Below the pieces are notes generated by a model, which saw only the letters and a program-made list of their open reading frames with translations, had not been told where the DNA came from and made no database searches. A program made the position numbers and the translations under genes. A stretch of 63,481 nt of DNA, filler included, from Folioceros fuciformis (taxonomy: Eukaryota): the NCBI GenBank assembly GCA_049999805.1. It is 4 parts of 3 records of this genome, joined end to end, with 100 filler letters (N's around TTAATTAATTAA, not from the genome) between each part and the next. Parts side by side here need not be neighbours in the genome. Positions count along the whole stretch, not along the records: positions 28,337 to 48,697 come from JBNGIO010006283.1; 3 more parts are not named here. One strand, written 5' to 3'. Below are positions 35,773-47,450 of the stretch, piece after piece; within the stretch, counting starts at the first letter, position 1; each line of letters begins with the position of its first letter.

Positions 35773-38256
35773 TCAAGGTCTATCCCCACATGTACACGAA
35801 CCATCCCGGAAGCAGTGCACCCTATGTGCATCCCTGACAATTATCTCCCTCTTCTCAAGCCGTGACAGGACCTTAGTGCTACTGTGGCAGTCATCGCACA
35901 TTCTAAGATTCTTGGTGACCAGCAAACCTGTGCCTTCTGGAGTGTGGACTAGACCATACGCCAAAGCCAGCTTCTCTGCATGTCCACAAAGCGCATTCTC
36001 CTTCTCCTCCTCAGACATTATCTTAAGCACCAAATCCGTTCGTGGCATATGCCCTCCTTCCTCCTTCAACTTCATACTCACACTTCTGAGCTTGGATGAG
36101 ATATCGCACCGCTCTTCCCCAACTGTAAACTCGTGCAGCTCGTTCTTGACTTCGATGCACACCTTTGCGGGAATCTTACAGGCACCGGCAGACCTTCTCA
36201 GGCACTCCAACGCCTTCACATCTTCCCATCTACCTACATTTGCGTAAATGGTACCCAGAACAACATATGCATAAGCATTTCCAGGGTCCAATACTACAAG
36301 ATGATCAAAACATCGTCGTCCTCGTTCTACATCACGGTGGCTTTTGCAGGCATTCAACAAGGATTTCCAGCCCACGACATTGTCAAACGGCATACTTCGC
36401 ACCATACTCTCTGCCTCGTCGAGGTGGCCTGACCGTGCGAGAAGATCGATCATGCAATTGAAATGATTATCAGTGGGCGCGATGCCATAGTCTTCCACCA
36501 TCATCCTGAAAAACTCCTGGCCCTCGTGCACCAGGCCAGCATGACTGCATGCCACAAAAAGACATATGAATGTTCTGTCATCTGGCTCCACACCTCGCTG
36601 ACGCATATCGGCGAAACATTGCATCGCCATTTCACAATCACTATGTTCAGCATAACCATTGAGCAGAGCAGACCACGTGACCGCATCTTTGGTCGGCAAG
36701 GCGTCGAACACCTTGCGTGCATCTGCCATGTTCCCGCACTTGGCATACATGTTCACCAGGCAATTGCCGACTAAAAGGTCCGCCTCCAATCCCACATCCT
36801 TGATCTTTGCATGCAGCTCTTTCCCATGCTGGAGAGCTCCTAAGCTGGCGCACGCTTGAAGTAGGCAGACAAAAGTAGCCTGATCGGGCGGAGTAACACC
36901 CTCCTCCTGCATGTGCCCATACAGACTGAGGGCTCCTTGGGCGAGGCCCTGGTGCGTGTACCCTGCGATCATGGCGTTCCATGTCACCACAGTCTTGCTT
37001 TCTGTGGGCAATGTGTCGAACACTCGGCGAGCATCCCCCACACTTCTGCATTTGGCATACATGTTCACCAAGCTAGTGCCAACAAAAGTGCCAAGGTGAA
37101 CTCCACTCCCCAAAACATCAGCATGCACCTCCTTGCCTGAGACTAAATCCGTCGCAGCTGCACAAGCCCCCAGCACCGCAGCAAACGTATGGTCATCCGG
37201 CTTCACAGAAGTCTCGGATTCTCGCATTTGCCGATACAGATGTATGGCCTGTGCGGGCTGCCCATGCCGGGCGTACGCCGAGATAATAGAGGACCACAAG
37301 TAGGTGTTGGGGCCAGCCACCTCGCGGAACACCTGGGCTGCTTCCTCCAACCTGCCGCATTTAGCATACATGTTCACCAGGCTGCCGCTTACGAACATGT
37401 CGGGGCTGACATCCGCGAGCAGAATGTGAGCATGAACCTCCTTGCCGGAATCCAGATCCTTGGCCATGGCACAAGCCTTGAGGACTGCCACGAACAAGTG
37501 GTTGTCCGGCTTCACACTGGACGCACCCCGCATCCGCCGATACAGCTGGATAGCCTGTGCTGGCTGGCCATGCCGAGCATGCGCCGAGATGATGGTGGCC
37601 CACATATGAGCGTCCGGAGCAGTGACGTTGGAGAACACCTGCACAGCATCCTCCAATTTGCCATGAGACGCATACATGGCAATGATGTGGTTGGCCAAGA
37701 ATGCGTCTGATGCGTGCCCGCTTCTGATAGCCAGAGCATGGATTTGCTTCCCCAAACACAGATCCTTGCACTCGATGCATCTCTTGAGCAGGCGGTAAAA
37801 GAGAGAAGCGGGAAGAATCGAGGTGGTGCGCAGCACCGAGACATGCAATGCTTGGACAGCCTCCCTGAGCTCCGCTCTGGATCCCCCCGCTGCCCCTCCG
37901 CCTGGCTCCTCCGGCAGCTGCCATTCCCTGCAGCCTGGCGTGCATAGCCACAATGCCTGCTTGGAGGTCTTGTGCCTGAAGTCAGGATGATTCACACTCA
38001 GCTTGACGGCTCTTTGGTCCAACCACTGCAACGGATCCGAGAGGAAGTCTTGCCACAAGAGCTCCTGCTGCCGCTCCTTGCCACCGATGCTGCTGCTGCT
38101 GGCCAGGCACCTTGTTCGTTTCTTTCCTGCTCCCGCGGCTGCCGGTGCCGGGATCCTAGAACGCACACGGCCTAGCCGCTGCATCCACCACGTTCGCTCC
38201 TGTAGAGCTCCCGCATTGCCAGCACCTGGCCGCGGGAGCACACCCTCCATCTCCAT
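35773..38256 (-). CDS. PLS-class PPR protein with N-terminal PDF (OSB-type) motif and C-terminal DYW:KP-variant domain; candidate U-to-C RNA editing factor, 827 aa
   Basis: Intronless; about 14 PPR motifs plus E1/E2; KIPAKVCIEV in place of the PG box, HAEKLA, NLRMCDDCH and a C-terminal CTCGDRP. Residues 65-112 are ELLWQDFLSDPLQWLDQRAVKLSVNHPDFRHKTSKQALWLCTPGCREW. Confidence 0.92.
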   Translation of the reverse strand: MEMEGVLPRPGAGNAGALQERTWWMQRLGRVRSRIPAPAAAGAGKKRTRCLASSSSIGGKERQQELLWQDFLSDPLQWLDQRAVKLSVNHPDFRHKTSKQALWLCTPGCREWQLPEEPGGGAAGGSRAELREAVQALHVSVLRTTSILPASLFYRLLKRCIECKDLCLGKQIHALAIRSGHASDAFLANHIIAMYASHGKLEDAVQVFSNVTAPDAHMWATIISAHARHGQPAQAIQLYRRMRGASSVKPDNHLFVAVLKACAMAKDLDSGKEVHAHILLADVSPDMFVSGSLVNMYAKCGRLEEAAQVFREVAGPNTYLWSSIISAYARHGQPAQAIHLYRQMRESETSVKPDDHTFAAVLGACAAATDLVSGKEVHADVLGSGVHLGTFVGTSLVNMYAKCRSVGDARRVFDTLPTESKTVVTWNAMIAGYTHQGLAQGALSLYGHMQEEGVTPPDQATFVCLLQACASLGALQHGKELHAKIKDVGLEADLLVGNCLVNMYAKCGNMADARKVFDALPTKDAVTWSALLNGYAEHSDCEMAMQCFADMRQRGVEPDDRTFICLFVACSHAGLVHEGQEFFRMMVEDYGIAPTDNHFNCMIDLLARSGHLDEAESMVRSMPFDNVVGWKSLLNACKSHRDVERGRRCFDHLVVLDPGNAYAYVVLGTIYANVGRWEDVKALECLRRSAGACKIPAKVCIEVKNELHEFTVGEERCDISSKLRSVSMKLKEEGGHMPRTDLVLKIMSEEEKENALCGHAEKLALAYGLVHTPEGTGLLVTKNLRMCDDCHSSTKVLSRLEKREIIVRDAHRVHCFRDGSCTCGDRP

Positions 38257-38729
38257 TTCTCCTCCAGTTACCCTTCTCCTCCATTACCCTGGACAAGATG
38301 CGGGATTCAACAACCCTATCTGTGCTAGACCTCCGTCCGAGTATCCTTTGCTTGGAGCCTTTGATTCAAGCATAGCTGATTTTAGAGGCCGACGAACGAG
38401 AGCAGCACAAGACTATACATGCTCTGAGACCTGGGAGGGTCTTGTTACGTCAACTAACCCTAACAACTCCCACAGCTCGCCCTTCCGAGACAGAAGGGCC
38501 TAAAGTGGTGCGTGAAGAATTCCACCAGCACCTATGGCAATCTGTTCCACATGCTCTTGAGGCTTGCTAGACGGGGCATTTGGCAGTTGTGATGACAAAG
38601 CCACACCAGACAATTGCTGACAGACGAGCAACGTCCACTCCACCTCCCAAAACACTTCAAGAGAATGGTGAGCCACAATCAGAACAAGCCCTCCCTTGTG
38701 TTCCATTTCTTGATCCAAAAAAGGCGGGG

Positions 38730-39150
38730 CCTTGACAAAGCTAGCTCATGATTCACATAGCCAGTTATCAGGCCCTTGTGTATGGTGTCACAACGTGCTC
38801 GGGCATCTGAAAGGCAAGCAAAAGCAGCACGACTTCCCGCTACGTGGCCCTCCTACTCCATCAGTCTATACACAGCCAGGGCCTCTTGGCCGAGCCCATG
38901 ACTCGCATACCCAGCCATCAGGGGACATTCCGTATCACCACAACGACATCTTTTGTTGGCATGCTGTCCAAAAAGCATGCGTGCAGCTTCCAGTCCCCCG
39001 CATGTTGCACATATTGTCCACTTAGCGGTTGCGAACTGCCAAGGTCGGTCCACTACCCCTGTGCCATGCACAGAGCTTGAAGGGCTGCAACAAAGAGTGA
39101 GCATCCGCGTTCACACGAGTACTGCATTGATTCAGTTGTAAGGCCACATG
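38730..39150 (-). pseudogene. Short, highly decayed PPR relic
   Basis: Frameshifted S/P motif remnants: CATCGGLEAARMLF ... LMAGYASHGLGQEALAVYRLME*, and LITGYVNHE. Confidence 0.6.
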
Positions 39151-39703
39151 CCGTTACCCGTGGTCTCAGATTATGGCCCCTCCCGCATTCCCTTCGCGTT
39201 TCCGCTCGCGCTGCATGGCGAACCACAAGTGGGGAAACCCATCTACCCACCCCGAAAGAGGGAAGACAAACCACTCAAGTTGACCGCGCCACCGGGGAAT
39301 GCATCGCGAAACGGGCCCGGGCCACTGTTTCCCATTCCGTGACACTGCCACAGAGTGCCCCATGCAGGATTCATCATAACTGCGGATACTGTGCAGAGAG
39401 CGATTGCGGGCTGGACCCTACATGTGACAGATGTTCGCAGAGAGTGCGCTGGATAACACCTGCTGGCGGAAAGGGTCCGCCGGAGCAGAGCCCGAGGCTC
39501 TTTATCAAGCACTGATCAGTTTCAACGTCCCAATCTCCGATGGATGTGGCAAACCGCAGGCGCTAATGGTCACTGTGCTCTTAATGAGCACGGAAACCAA
39601 AGCGTCATCTCACCATGGTGAGAATGTCACATCACAGCGGTCATGCCATCGCTCTCATCCACTCTCCTGTTCGGGGCGACGGCATTTCGCGCGCCCATCG
39701 CCG

Positions 39704-39972
39704 CTTCACTATCCCTAATGTAACCGTATAATATAGCTATATCGCATGTACTCTATGTTGTACCCACATGTCCACCTATTCCTAAACCCGTCTTCACTAA
39801 CCTTAGTGTAATCGTATAATATAGCTATATCATATATGTACTCTATATTGTACCCACATGTCCATGTATTCCTGAACCCGTCTTTACTAACCTTAATGTA
39901 ATTATATAATATAGTTATATCATATGTACTTTATATTGTATCCACATGTTAGCGTATTCCTAAACCCGTCTT
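39704..39972. repeat. Tandem repeat, ~88-90-bp unit x3
   Basis: CTTCACTA..CT.A.TGTAA..GTATAATATAGCTATATC.CATGTACTCTAT.TTGTACCCACATGT starts at 39704, 39792 and 39882. Confidence 0.9.
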
Positions 39973-40239
39973 TAGTTTGAAGAAGTACAAGAAGAAGTAC
40001 AAACTCTGAAAGTGTTGTATCCCTGTGCGGTTGCAAGGCCAAGTTTCAGAGCTGGCCGTGATAAAGCAAATAGAAAAGACAATCCCAAAGATTTTGTGGA
40101 TGAATAAATACCAAGGCCTGTGGGTGCCCCCATCCTACCTCAACCTTGCCCTTTTGAAATGCAGAATCTGGGTCCCCATCCTTTCTATAAGAAGATATTG
40201 AATTAGCAGGATGGTGAGCATCTTGTCCGGCAAATGGTG

Positions 40240-42000
40240 AATCATGCGAAACGTTGCTACGTCCCCTGATGAGGTACCCAGATTTCACTGCTGGCAAAGA
40301 GAAGTCGGCATTCTTCCCCACCATATTGATAAGGGCCAATGTTTGGACCAAATCTGGTGTGAGGCAAAGAAGAATTTCATCAACCACTCTTCGGCATTAC
40401 ATCAAGTTTGTCTGTGCTTATGGCTACCGAAAGCAAACTCCTTTGGATTCTATAGTTTGTGCTAACATCACTAACAAGCAAAAGTTAGGCAAAGAGAGCA
40501 GGCACTCCAACATTGCCTGTGGAGAAAGAAAGAAACATGGGTGCTAGTTTTTGTTGTTTGTAAAATAGCTGGAGATGTTTCCTAATGTTGCTGAACTACG
40601 ACTACATCAAAGGGAGCACATTGATTCAATGGGAGAGTATTGTCATGGTTTGATAACCAGTGATTCAACTTCAAATTGTACCCTTGCTCCTTACCTGTCC
40701 ACAGCTAAGGAGGAGTGGGTGAAGTATAAGTTGCTTCATAAGACGACTGCTTTTCCAATCCTAATTGACCATGAGTGTGAGGTGTTTTTAAAGAAGCATC
40801 ATGATGTGCAAGCAGTCCTTGAGTGGGATGATTTTCTACTGCGTAGAGACATAAGGAATTTACATTAACCATGAGAGTGAGGTGTTTTTAAGGAGGCATC
40901 ATGATGTGCAAGCAGTCCTTGGGTGGGATGATTTTTTGCTACCTAGAGACATAAGGAATTTTTAGGTAGACTTGGACTCAAGGGTGTGGCAATTGCAGGT
41001 AGACTTGGACTCAAGGGTGTGGCAATTGCAGGTAGACTTGGACTGAAGGGTGTGGCGATTGCAGGTAGACTTAGACTCAAGGGTGTGGCGATTGCAAGTA
41101 GATTTAGACTCAAGGGTGTGGCGATTCCATGTATATGATGAGATGAGTGTCAAGCTGTGTATGGATGTCCATAGGGAGGAGTTGTTTTTTCCTTTGCCAA
41201 GAGAAGAATAACATGCCAACAACTTCATGTTCGGCATCCAAACAAATTTTCATTTACAGTCCATGTTACATTGGGGTCACAAGTTAGTGATATATATGGA
41301 TGCCACATTTGGCACCAATAAGTGGAAGTTCTAGCTATTCACTCTATCGGTTTTTTACGATCATTTTAATGGTACCTGTGTCACTTGGGGATTACCAGCA
41401 AGGCTACGGCAGCCAATATTTCACAGTAGTTGGAATTCTTACGAGCAAGGATGTTGCTACATAGGGCAGATTGGCAACCGACCATTTTTTTGGTTCACGA
41501 TTGTATGGTAGAAATAAATGGTATCAAGTCTGTGTTTGGAATTAACATCTCGGTTTTCTTGTGTCTATGGCATGTTCGAAGGGTTTGGCTACGGCAATTG
41601 CTAAAAAAGGTGAAGGCACCTGCCACCATGCATGCAATTATGAAATCCTTAGGTGAAATCATGCAAATGGACATTGATGTCAGGGTAAAGGCAAACCAAG
41701 CATGCGTCCAAAGACTTTGAATTGTTTTATGCTACCTTCCAGGAGTCTACTAGCAGCTTTGTGAAGTATTTTAAAGACCAGTGGGGTTCTAACATGCTAC
41801 AATGGATTAAAGCAGTTTAGACAATTTCACATGCTAAACAAGATTCCAACTCGTCCATAGAAGCATATCACAAACATTTGAAGTATAGATGTTTGCTCTC
41901 CAAGAAAACCCTTCGTAATCAGCGATTGGATTGGTTGCTGCGTATTTTGTTCGAAGAGGTTAACATCCACTTTTGGTATGTAGCCCAGTGTAATGCAATT
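40240..42000 (+). mobile_element. Decayed Mutator-like (MULE) transposase
   Basis: FGIQT..MLHWGH..YMDATFGTNKWKF*LFTL, FLCLWHVRRVW, YFKDQW and NSSIEAYHKHLK..RLDWLL match the MULE DDE core layout, with stops and frameshifts. Internal ~100-bp duplication (40768/40868) and 33-bp x5 array (40964-41128). The 5' boundary is approximate. Confidence 0.75.
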
Positions 42001-42721
42001 GGAGAGGCACACAGCCTCCCCTCATGCTGCGCCCATCCTCCTGCTCCAAGCCAGCAATTCTGAATCACAACCGACGGCAAGGACCCCTCATCGAGGACGT
42101 TGCCCAGGGCGCCTCAATAATCGATTGAATTCACAGCGGAATTGGATCATCCCTCCTGCCTATCGCAACATCTTCGGGCTGCAATCTACTCCAAGGTGGG
42201 TGCAATTCACAGCACAAGACCTAGGAGAGGAGTTCCTGCATTTGCTCCTCAGAGGGAGGGCTAGACAACTACCTCCATGTGTTTCCCATGCCTGCACTTG
42301 GCCATCTCCGCAGATTTCTCGAGAAGATTGCTTTTAGCACGCATTCTCTGAGGATGACCTGTCCCTGGGAGCTTCACGAAGCCCTCTGCCTCTTCCTATC
42401 GATGGAGCGCCTCAGGATCATCACAATTGCGGGAGAATTGGCCAAGGATTTGGGCCCAATCTTGAGCACCTTGCTTCTTGCAATTCGCCAGATCCGACCC
42501 CAAATTCCATGATTTCAGGCTCCAATTCTGAGGACAGAAGCGCCCCAAGGCATCCAACCCTCAGGGCGCTAGCATTCGGAGGCATCAGGGAGGACCAGCT
42601 CCTCCGGGTGCTCGCGGTCGAGCGGGAGCTCGCCGTGTAGGCTACCCACCTTGCCGCGGCCGCGTGCGTGCTCAAGGAGGTGCGGCCACCCGCGAAAAGG
42701 CGGGCGCCGCGAAAAGGCATC

Positions 42722-45700
42722 TTTTTTTTTCACGAAGAAAGAATTCTGATTATGAGTGGAAAAATGCCTCCCACTTACGATACAAAGGGGGCCCCCTGCT
42801 AACGTATGTACATATGTCGAGCACCAAAAGAGAGGGGTGGGAGACAGGCCTTGAGTCCAAAACTCAAGACATGGGGCTCAGAGAGCGCTCCCCTACACTA
42901 TGGTACCTGCAGACTGCCAAAGCCACTAATACTCACCCCTCAAAGTCTCCCAAGGACCCAAAGGGCTCACCTTCCCCATGGGCACGAATGGTTCCAACGC
43001 GTATCTGTCTCAGGCATTAGGAAGCCCACCGACCTCCACTCTTTCCTCTTAAACTGTTTCCGACGGGATTGCTCCAAAGCTTCTGCTGCAATCAATAAAT
43101 GCTCCCATATGCGCCACAACAAAGCTCTCGATGAAGCTGGCTCCTGTCCTCAATAGACCACTGCGGACCAATTGACCCAGAGATGAAAAAGGCTCGAAGA
43201 CCACAGTAAGCCCCACCATTGTGTTCTAAGGTAAGGTTTGCCCGAGGCTGCGTCTAGCCCAAATAAGGCTAATTGCATTGTGATCTTGAGGTAAGCACTA
43301 GGAGAAATCAATCGAAGCCACCTGCCCACCTCCCTCCAGATCTCTTGAGCAAAGTTGCAGTGAAAGAGCATATGTTAACTCTTGTTTGGGGCCCCAGCGG
43401 TGCACAGTCGACACACTTCCTCTACCGTTGCAACTAAAAGCCCATCCCAACAATCCGCATTAGGCAAACATGCTTGAAAGAAGCACCAAACCGTATACCT
43501 GACCTTGGGGGGGGACTCCTGCAGGCTTCCATAGAAGCTTGGCAGCTTCCCTTTGTCGCTGTCCAGATAACTGTAGTCGGGGAGCCATTGGTTGTCTTTT
43601 CTTGATTTTCTGCGCTCGCACCGGCCAGAGGAACAAGTCCGCCGTTGGGAAGTTGAAGAAAGATCGAGAGATACCCTTCTTGCACCCTGGACGTTTGGGC
43701 CACTTGTAGAGATCTGGTCTGAAGGTCAGAGCCCAATTTTCACCCAGTCGGAACTAGCACAGAACCTTTGCTTTATCAGAGGTTTGCGGCCCAATAGGGC
43801 GTTCGCCCAGAATGCACCATCGCCCAGCCCGAGCTGACTTACAGAGGACAGTGATAGCCCGCAACTCCCCTCCTCGGGCTTCCCCGTCCTCCCTGCCCTG
43901 AACTTCCAAAATACTGGCAGGCGACATGACCTTGAACGACTTCAACGTCTCTTTGCCATCAGCTCTCGCAAGCCAGACCGCCCTATCTAAATCTAATGCT
44001 TCCTCTTGTTCATCCTCCTCCTCCGAGTCGACTCCCCTACTATCCATGGAGTACGCAAACCACCCTTCCTCGCCTATGGTAAGTGGTTGCCTTAAAATCT
44101 GTTGCACCTGTTCCTCTAGCCCCTCGTGCAACCAAGAAAAAATGAGTCTGACACGTCGGGCACCAACGCCAAATTCCCCTTTGACCTCCTCTACCTCCTT
44201 CCAACGGGACTCGGATCTATTCCATAAATGACCAAGCTGGAAAACGCCCCTCCGACACGCCAGCCCAAAAATTTGGGACTGATATACCCTTGGCCTGAAC
44301 TCTTGAACCCATAGGTTCGAGAATCCCTGCAAAGGAATACCAAGAACATCATCCGCATGAGAGAAGTTACCCAGGATAATATATTGTTTAACCTCGTGAT
44401 AACTGTTCCAGATGGACTTGAAGAGCGGGGAGCAAGCTGCAGTATCGAGAAGCCAGAATGTTGTCTATAGATCTCCTTTCCCTGGGGATAGCTTGGGTGC
44501 AGTCTGTCAATAGGGTCGACTCCAGTCTACGTGCAAGTGTAGGAGAGGAGAGAAGAGAGGGTGGTATTGGTGATCACAACCAAAAAACAATACACATCAC
44601 CATTGTCTTACTATGGAGGTCCGAGGTCTCCATTTAAGTAGTACATTTAGGGCTACACAACTTCCAGGTTCAATATGGGATAATCTACACTATCCTAAGT
44701 TCACTAATAACTAGAACTAGTCTAGTATGAACCCAACTGGGATAACTAACACCACATGAGTTTAGCTCATATAGAGCTCGATAACTCAACACAGTCCAGG
44801 TACTTTGTTAGAAGACTCTTCCAAGGATAGTACGTCGGATCAGCTGCCCTGACAACCCATTGAGCATGCAAGGCTTTCATTTTGGCAACTGGGTCTACCA
44901 CCTCGAGACCCCCCAATCCCTGCGCCTGAATAATATGCTGCCAAGCCACTTTAGAGCACCCAGCCATACTATCCCCCGAATTCTTCCACAAGAAAGAGGT
45001 CAACACCTGTTGTAAGCGCTTCATCTCTGTCTTAGAAGGGGCCCACAAAAACAGATAATACCATAAGGAGGCAATAAGGATATGATTAATCACCACTAGC
45101 CTACCTGCCAGGTTGAGCTCCAACAACTGTAGACTAGCCGCTTTGCGAATGAACCTAAGGAGTATGTACTTCCCAATCTCCCCATTCTCATCCTCCTCTT
45201 GGAAAGGAAGCCCCAAATACTTGGGGGTAGAACCCAAAGTCACTCGCCTAATGTGATTAATAGACTGGGGAGGCTCCCCCTCCATATGAAGACACATCAT
45301 ACGCGTCTTACCCCAGTTCACCTTGCATCACGATAGCTCACCAAAGACCTTGACCTGTTGGGGCAATGCTTTCAATGAAGCCTCCTCTGCCAAGGAAAAG
45401 AGGAGACTATCATCTACAAATGCAGAGACCCTTAACTGCATTCCGTCTGGGTTCCGAATGCCCACCACTGCCGGGTCTTACTTGACTGTTCTAAGAAAGA
45501 AGTCAGTGACGATAATAAATAAGAATGGAGCAAGGGGGCAACCCTGACGTACCGACCGAGAAATGCCAAAGCGCTCCGTAAAGGATCCATTAAAAGCCAC
45601 CTTGGCTCCTACATCTTCACACAAGATGGCTATCCATCTGCAGAAATTATTCCCGAACCTGAAACTACGAAGGCATCGCCATAGGAAATGCCACTCAACA

Positions 45701-47450
45701 AAATCATAAGCCTTGTAAAAGTCAAGGGAAATGAAAATGGCAGCCTTCTTCTGTACCTGAGTGTTGTACTTAGCTTCCCTCAGGAGTAGGAGGTTGTCCA
45801 GGATGCACCTATTTTGGATGAACCCTCGCTGCTCTTTCTCAATCCAATCATCAAGAAATGGAGTAATTCGGTTAGCCAGTACCTTAGCAATCACCTTCTA
45901 TGTGGTAGTGAGCAAGGTAATCGAGCGCCCATTGGAGATTGATAAACTAGCATCTTGCTTAGGGAGCAGGGAGATAACCCCTATATTGAACTAGCTCCCC
46001 ATTCTACCTTCCTCCCAAAACATACTAATAGCCTCCATAAATAACGGCTGCATAAATTCCCAACCCCACAGTAGGAACTTGGGAGGGATACCATCATGCC
46101 CCGGGGATTTATCCCTCGATATCCCCTTCAGGGCCTAGAACACCTCATCAGCAGTTATCGGCTTATCCAGAGCCCTATGCTGGTCCTCGGACACTTTAGC
46201 CGAAAGCGCACCGTAAGAAGAAGACCAAAGCTATTCCCACCCTGCCACCTTCCCAACACTAGAGAAGATGCCAACAAAGAAGAGGGTAATAAGGGTCTTT
46301 AAACCTTCGAGCAATTCTTGCACCACGCCACGCGCGTCTGGAAGGGCAGGAATTCGCGCCTTATGTCGGTTAGCGGCCACCTTATCAAAGAAGAATTTAG
46401 AGGGGCCATCCTCCTCCCTCACCCACTTAACTTTGGCCCTCTTAAACCATCCCCTGGCCCTGTCTTCTTCCAACTTGGCCGAGGCGCACTGCACCTCCGT
46501 TTTCCGAGTCTCTTCCGCACTTGTGAAGTCCTGGCCCTCACCGCTCCTTTGTAGCCAACACAATTCCTCCCTCAAAAAACATTCTTGCAGGTGTTGTTCT
46601 CTTGTTTGTGGAACCCCTCGCCTCCTCAAATACCTAGTCGCCTTAGTGTTAGCACTCATCAATTTGATCGCTGCATTACCTTCCCCCTGTTCAACTCCCT
46701 GCCAAATGCTTTTAATGTCTTCGAAGACACCTTTTTCCTTCAGTAAGGAGGTGTTCATCCGAAAGTTCTGCATATGCCTCCTTGGGCGCTCCGACTGAGG
46801 AGCAAGCCTCAAATGTAAACTAATTGGGTGGTGGTCGGAGAGGCTCGTACCAGCGAGAATACTGTACAACTGTACGAAGGCCAACCACCCTGAAGGTAAA
46901 TAAAACCTGTCCAACCTGCGCGCACTCAAGTTCTGTTGTTGTTGGTTTGACCACCTGAACATCAGGGACTGTGGTTGGCGATGTGCCGGGAGGGCCACCC
47001 ACGGATCCTGCACCGCCAAGACCGTGTCTCTCAGCTCCTGCCAAGACAAAAGCACCGCCCGAATATCAAGTGGGCTAACCCCCCAAATATCCTCACAGCG
47101 TTCAACAAAGTTGAAGTCGCGAGCCAAAATCCACGGAATCTGCTCATTCAGATTATGACAAATTGCGCTGTAAGTAAGAGTACAAGGTGCTACACTAGGG
47201 GCGGATGGCCTCTATAGATGTACCGCAAATAGGTAATGCTTAAATGAGTACCTGAAGTAGTAACCATGGAGTAGCGGCGCCTCAGTGAGAAGCCCAATCG
47301 CCATAGACCACAGCTGTCCAGTTTAGCCATAGACCAGAGAGGCAAGAGCTCCACAATAGACCCCACCATTGAAACCAGAGTAGCAGTCCCTCCTTCCTTG
47401 GTGCGAGTGGAACATAAAACATCCTTGCACTTCAAGTTAAACCCTCTATA
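42722..47450 (-). mobile_element. Decayed LINE (L1/Tx1-like) ORF2: endonuclease, RT, zf-RVT
   Basis: APE motifs (RDFN, RRLDRFYL, SDHHPI); RT motifs (LDFYKAYD, RQGCPLAPFLF, SAFVDD, KYLGLP, VAWQHI..GGL); CRLC...HMLFHC zinc motif; T9 at 42722-42730 as a possible poly(A) tail. The 5' part may extend toward the gap at 48698. Confidence 0.9.
44459..44751. mobile_element. Probable solo LTR inserted into the LINE
   Basis: 293-bp non-coding block interrupting LINE ORF2, bounded by TGTTG...TAACA; flanks CCAGA(A)/CCACA are only an imperfect target-site duplication. Confidence 0.5.
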
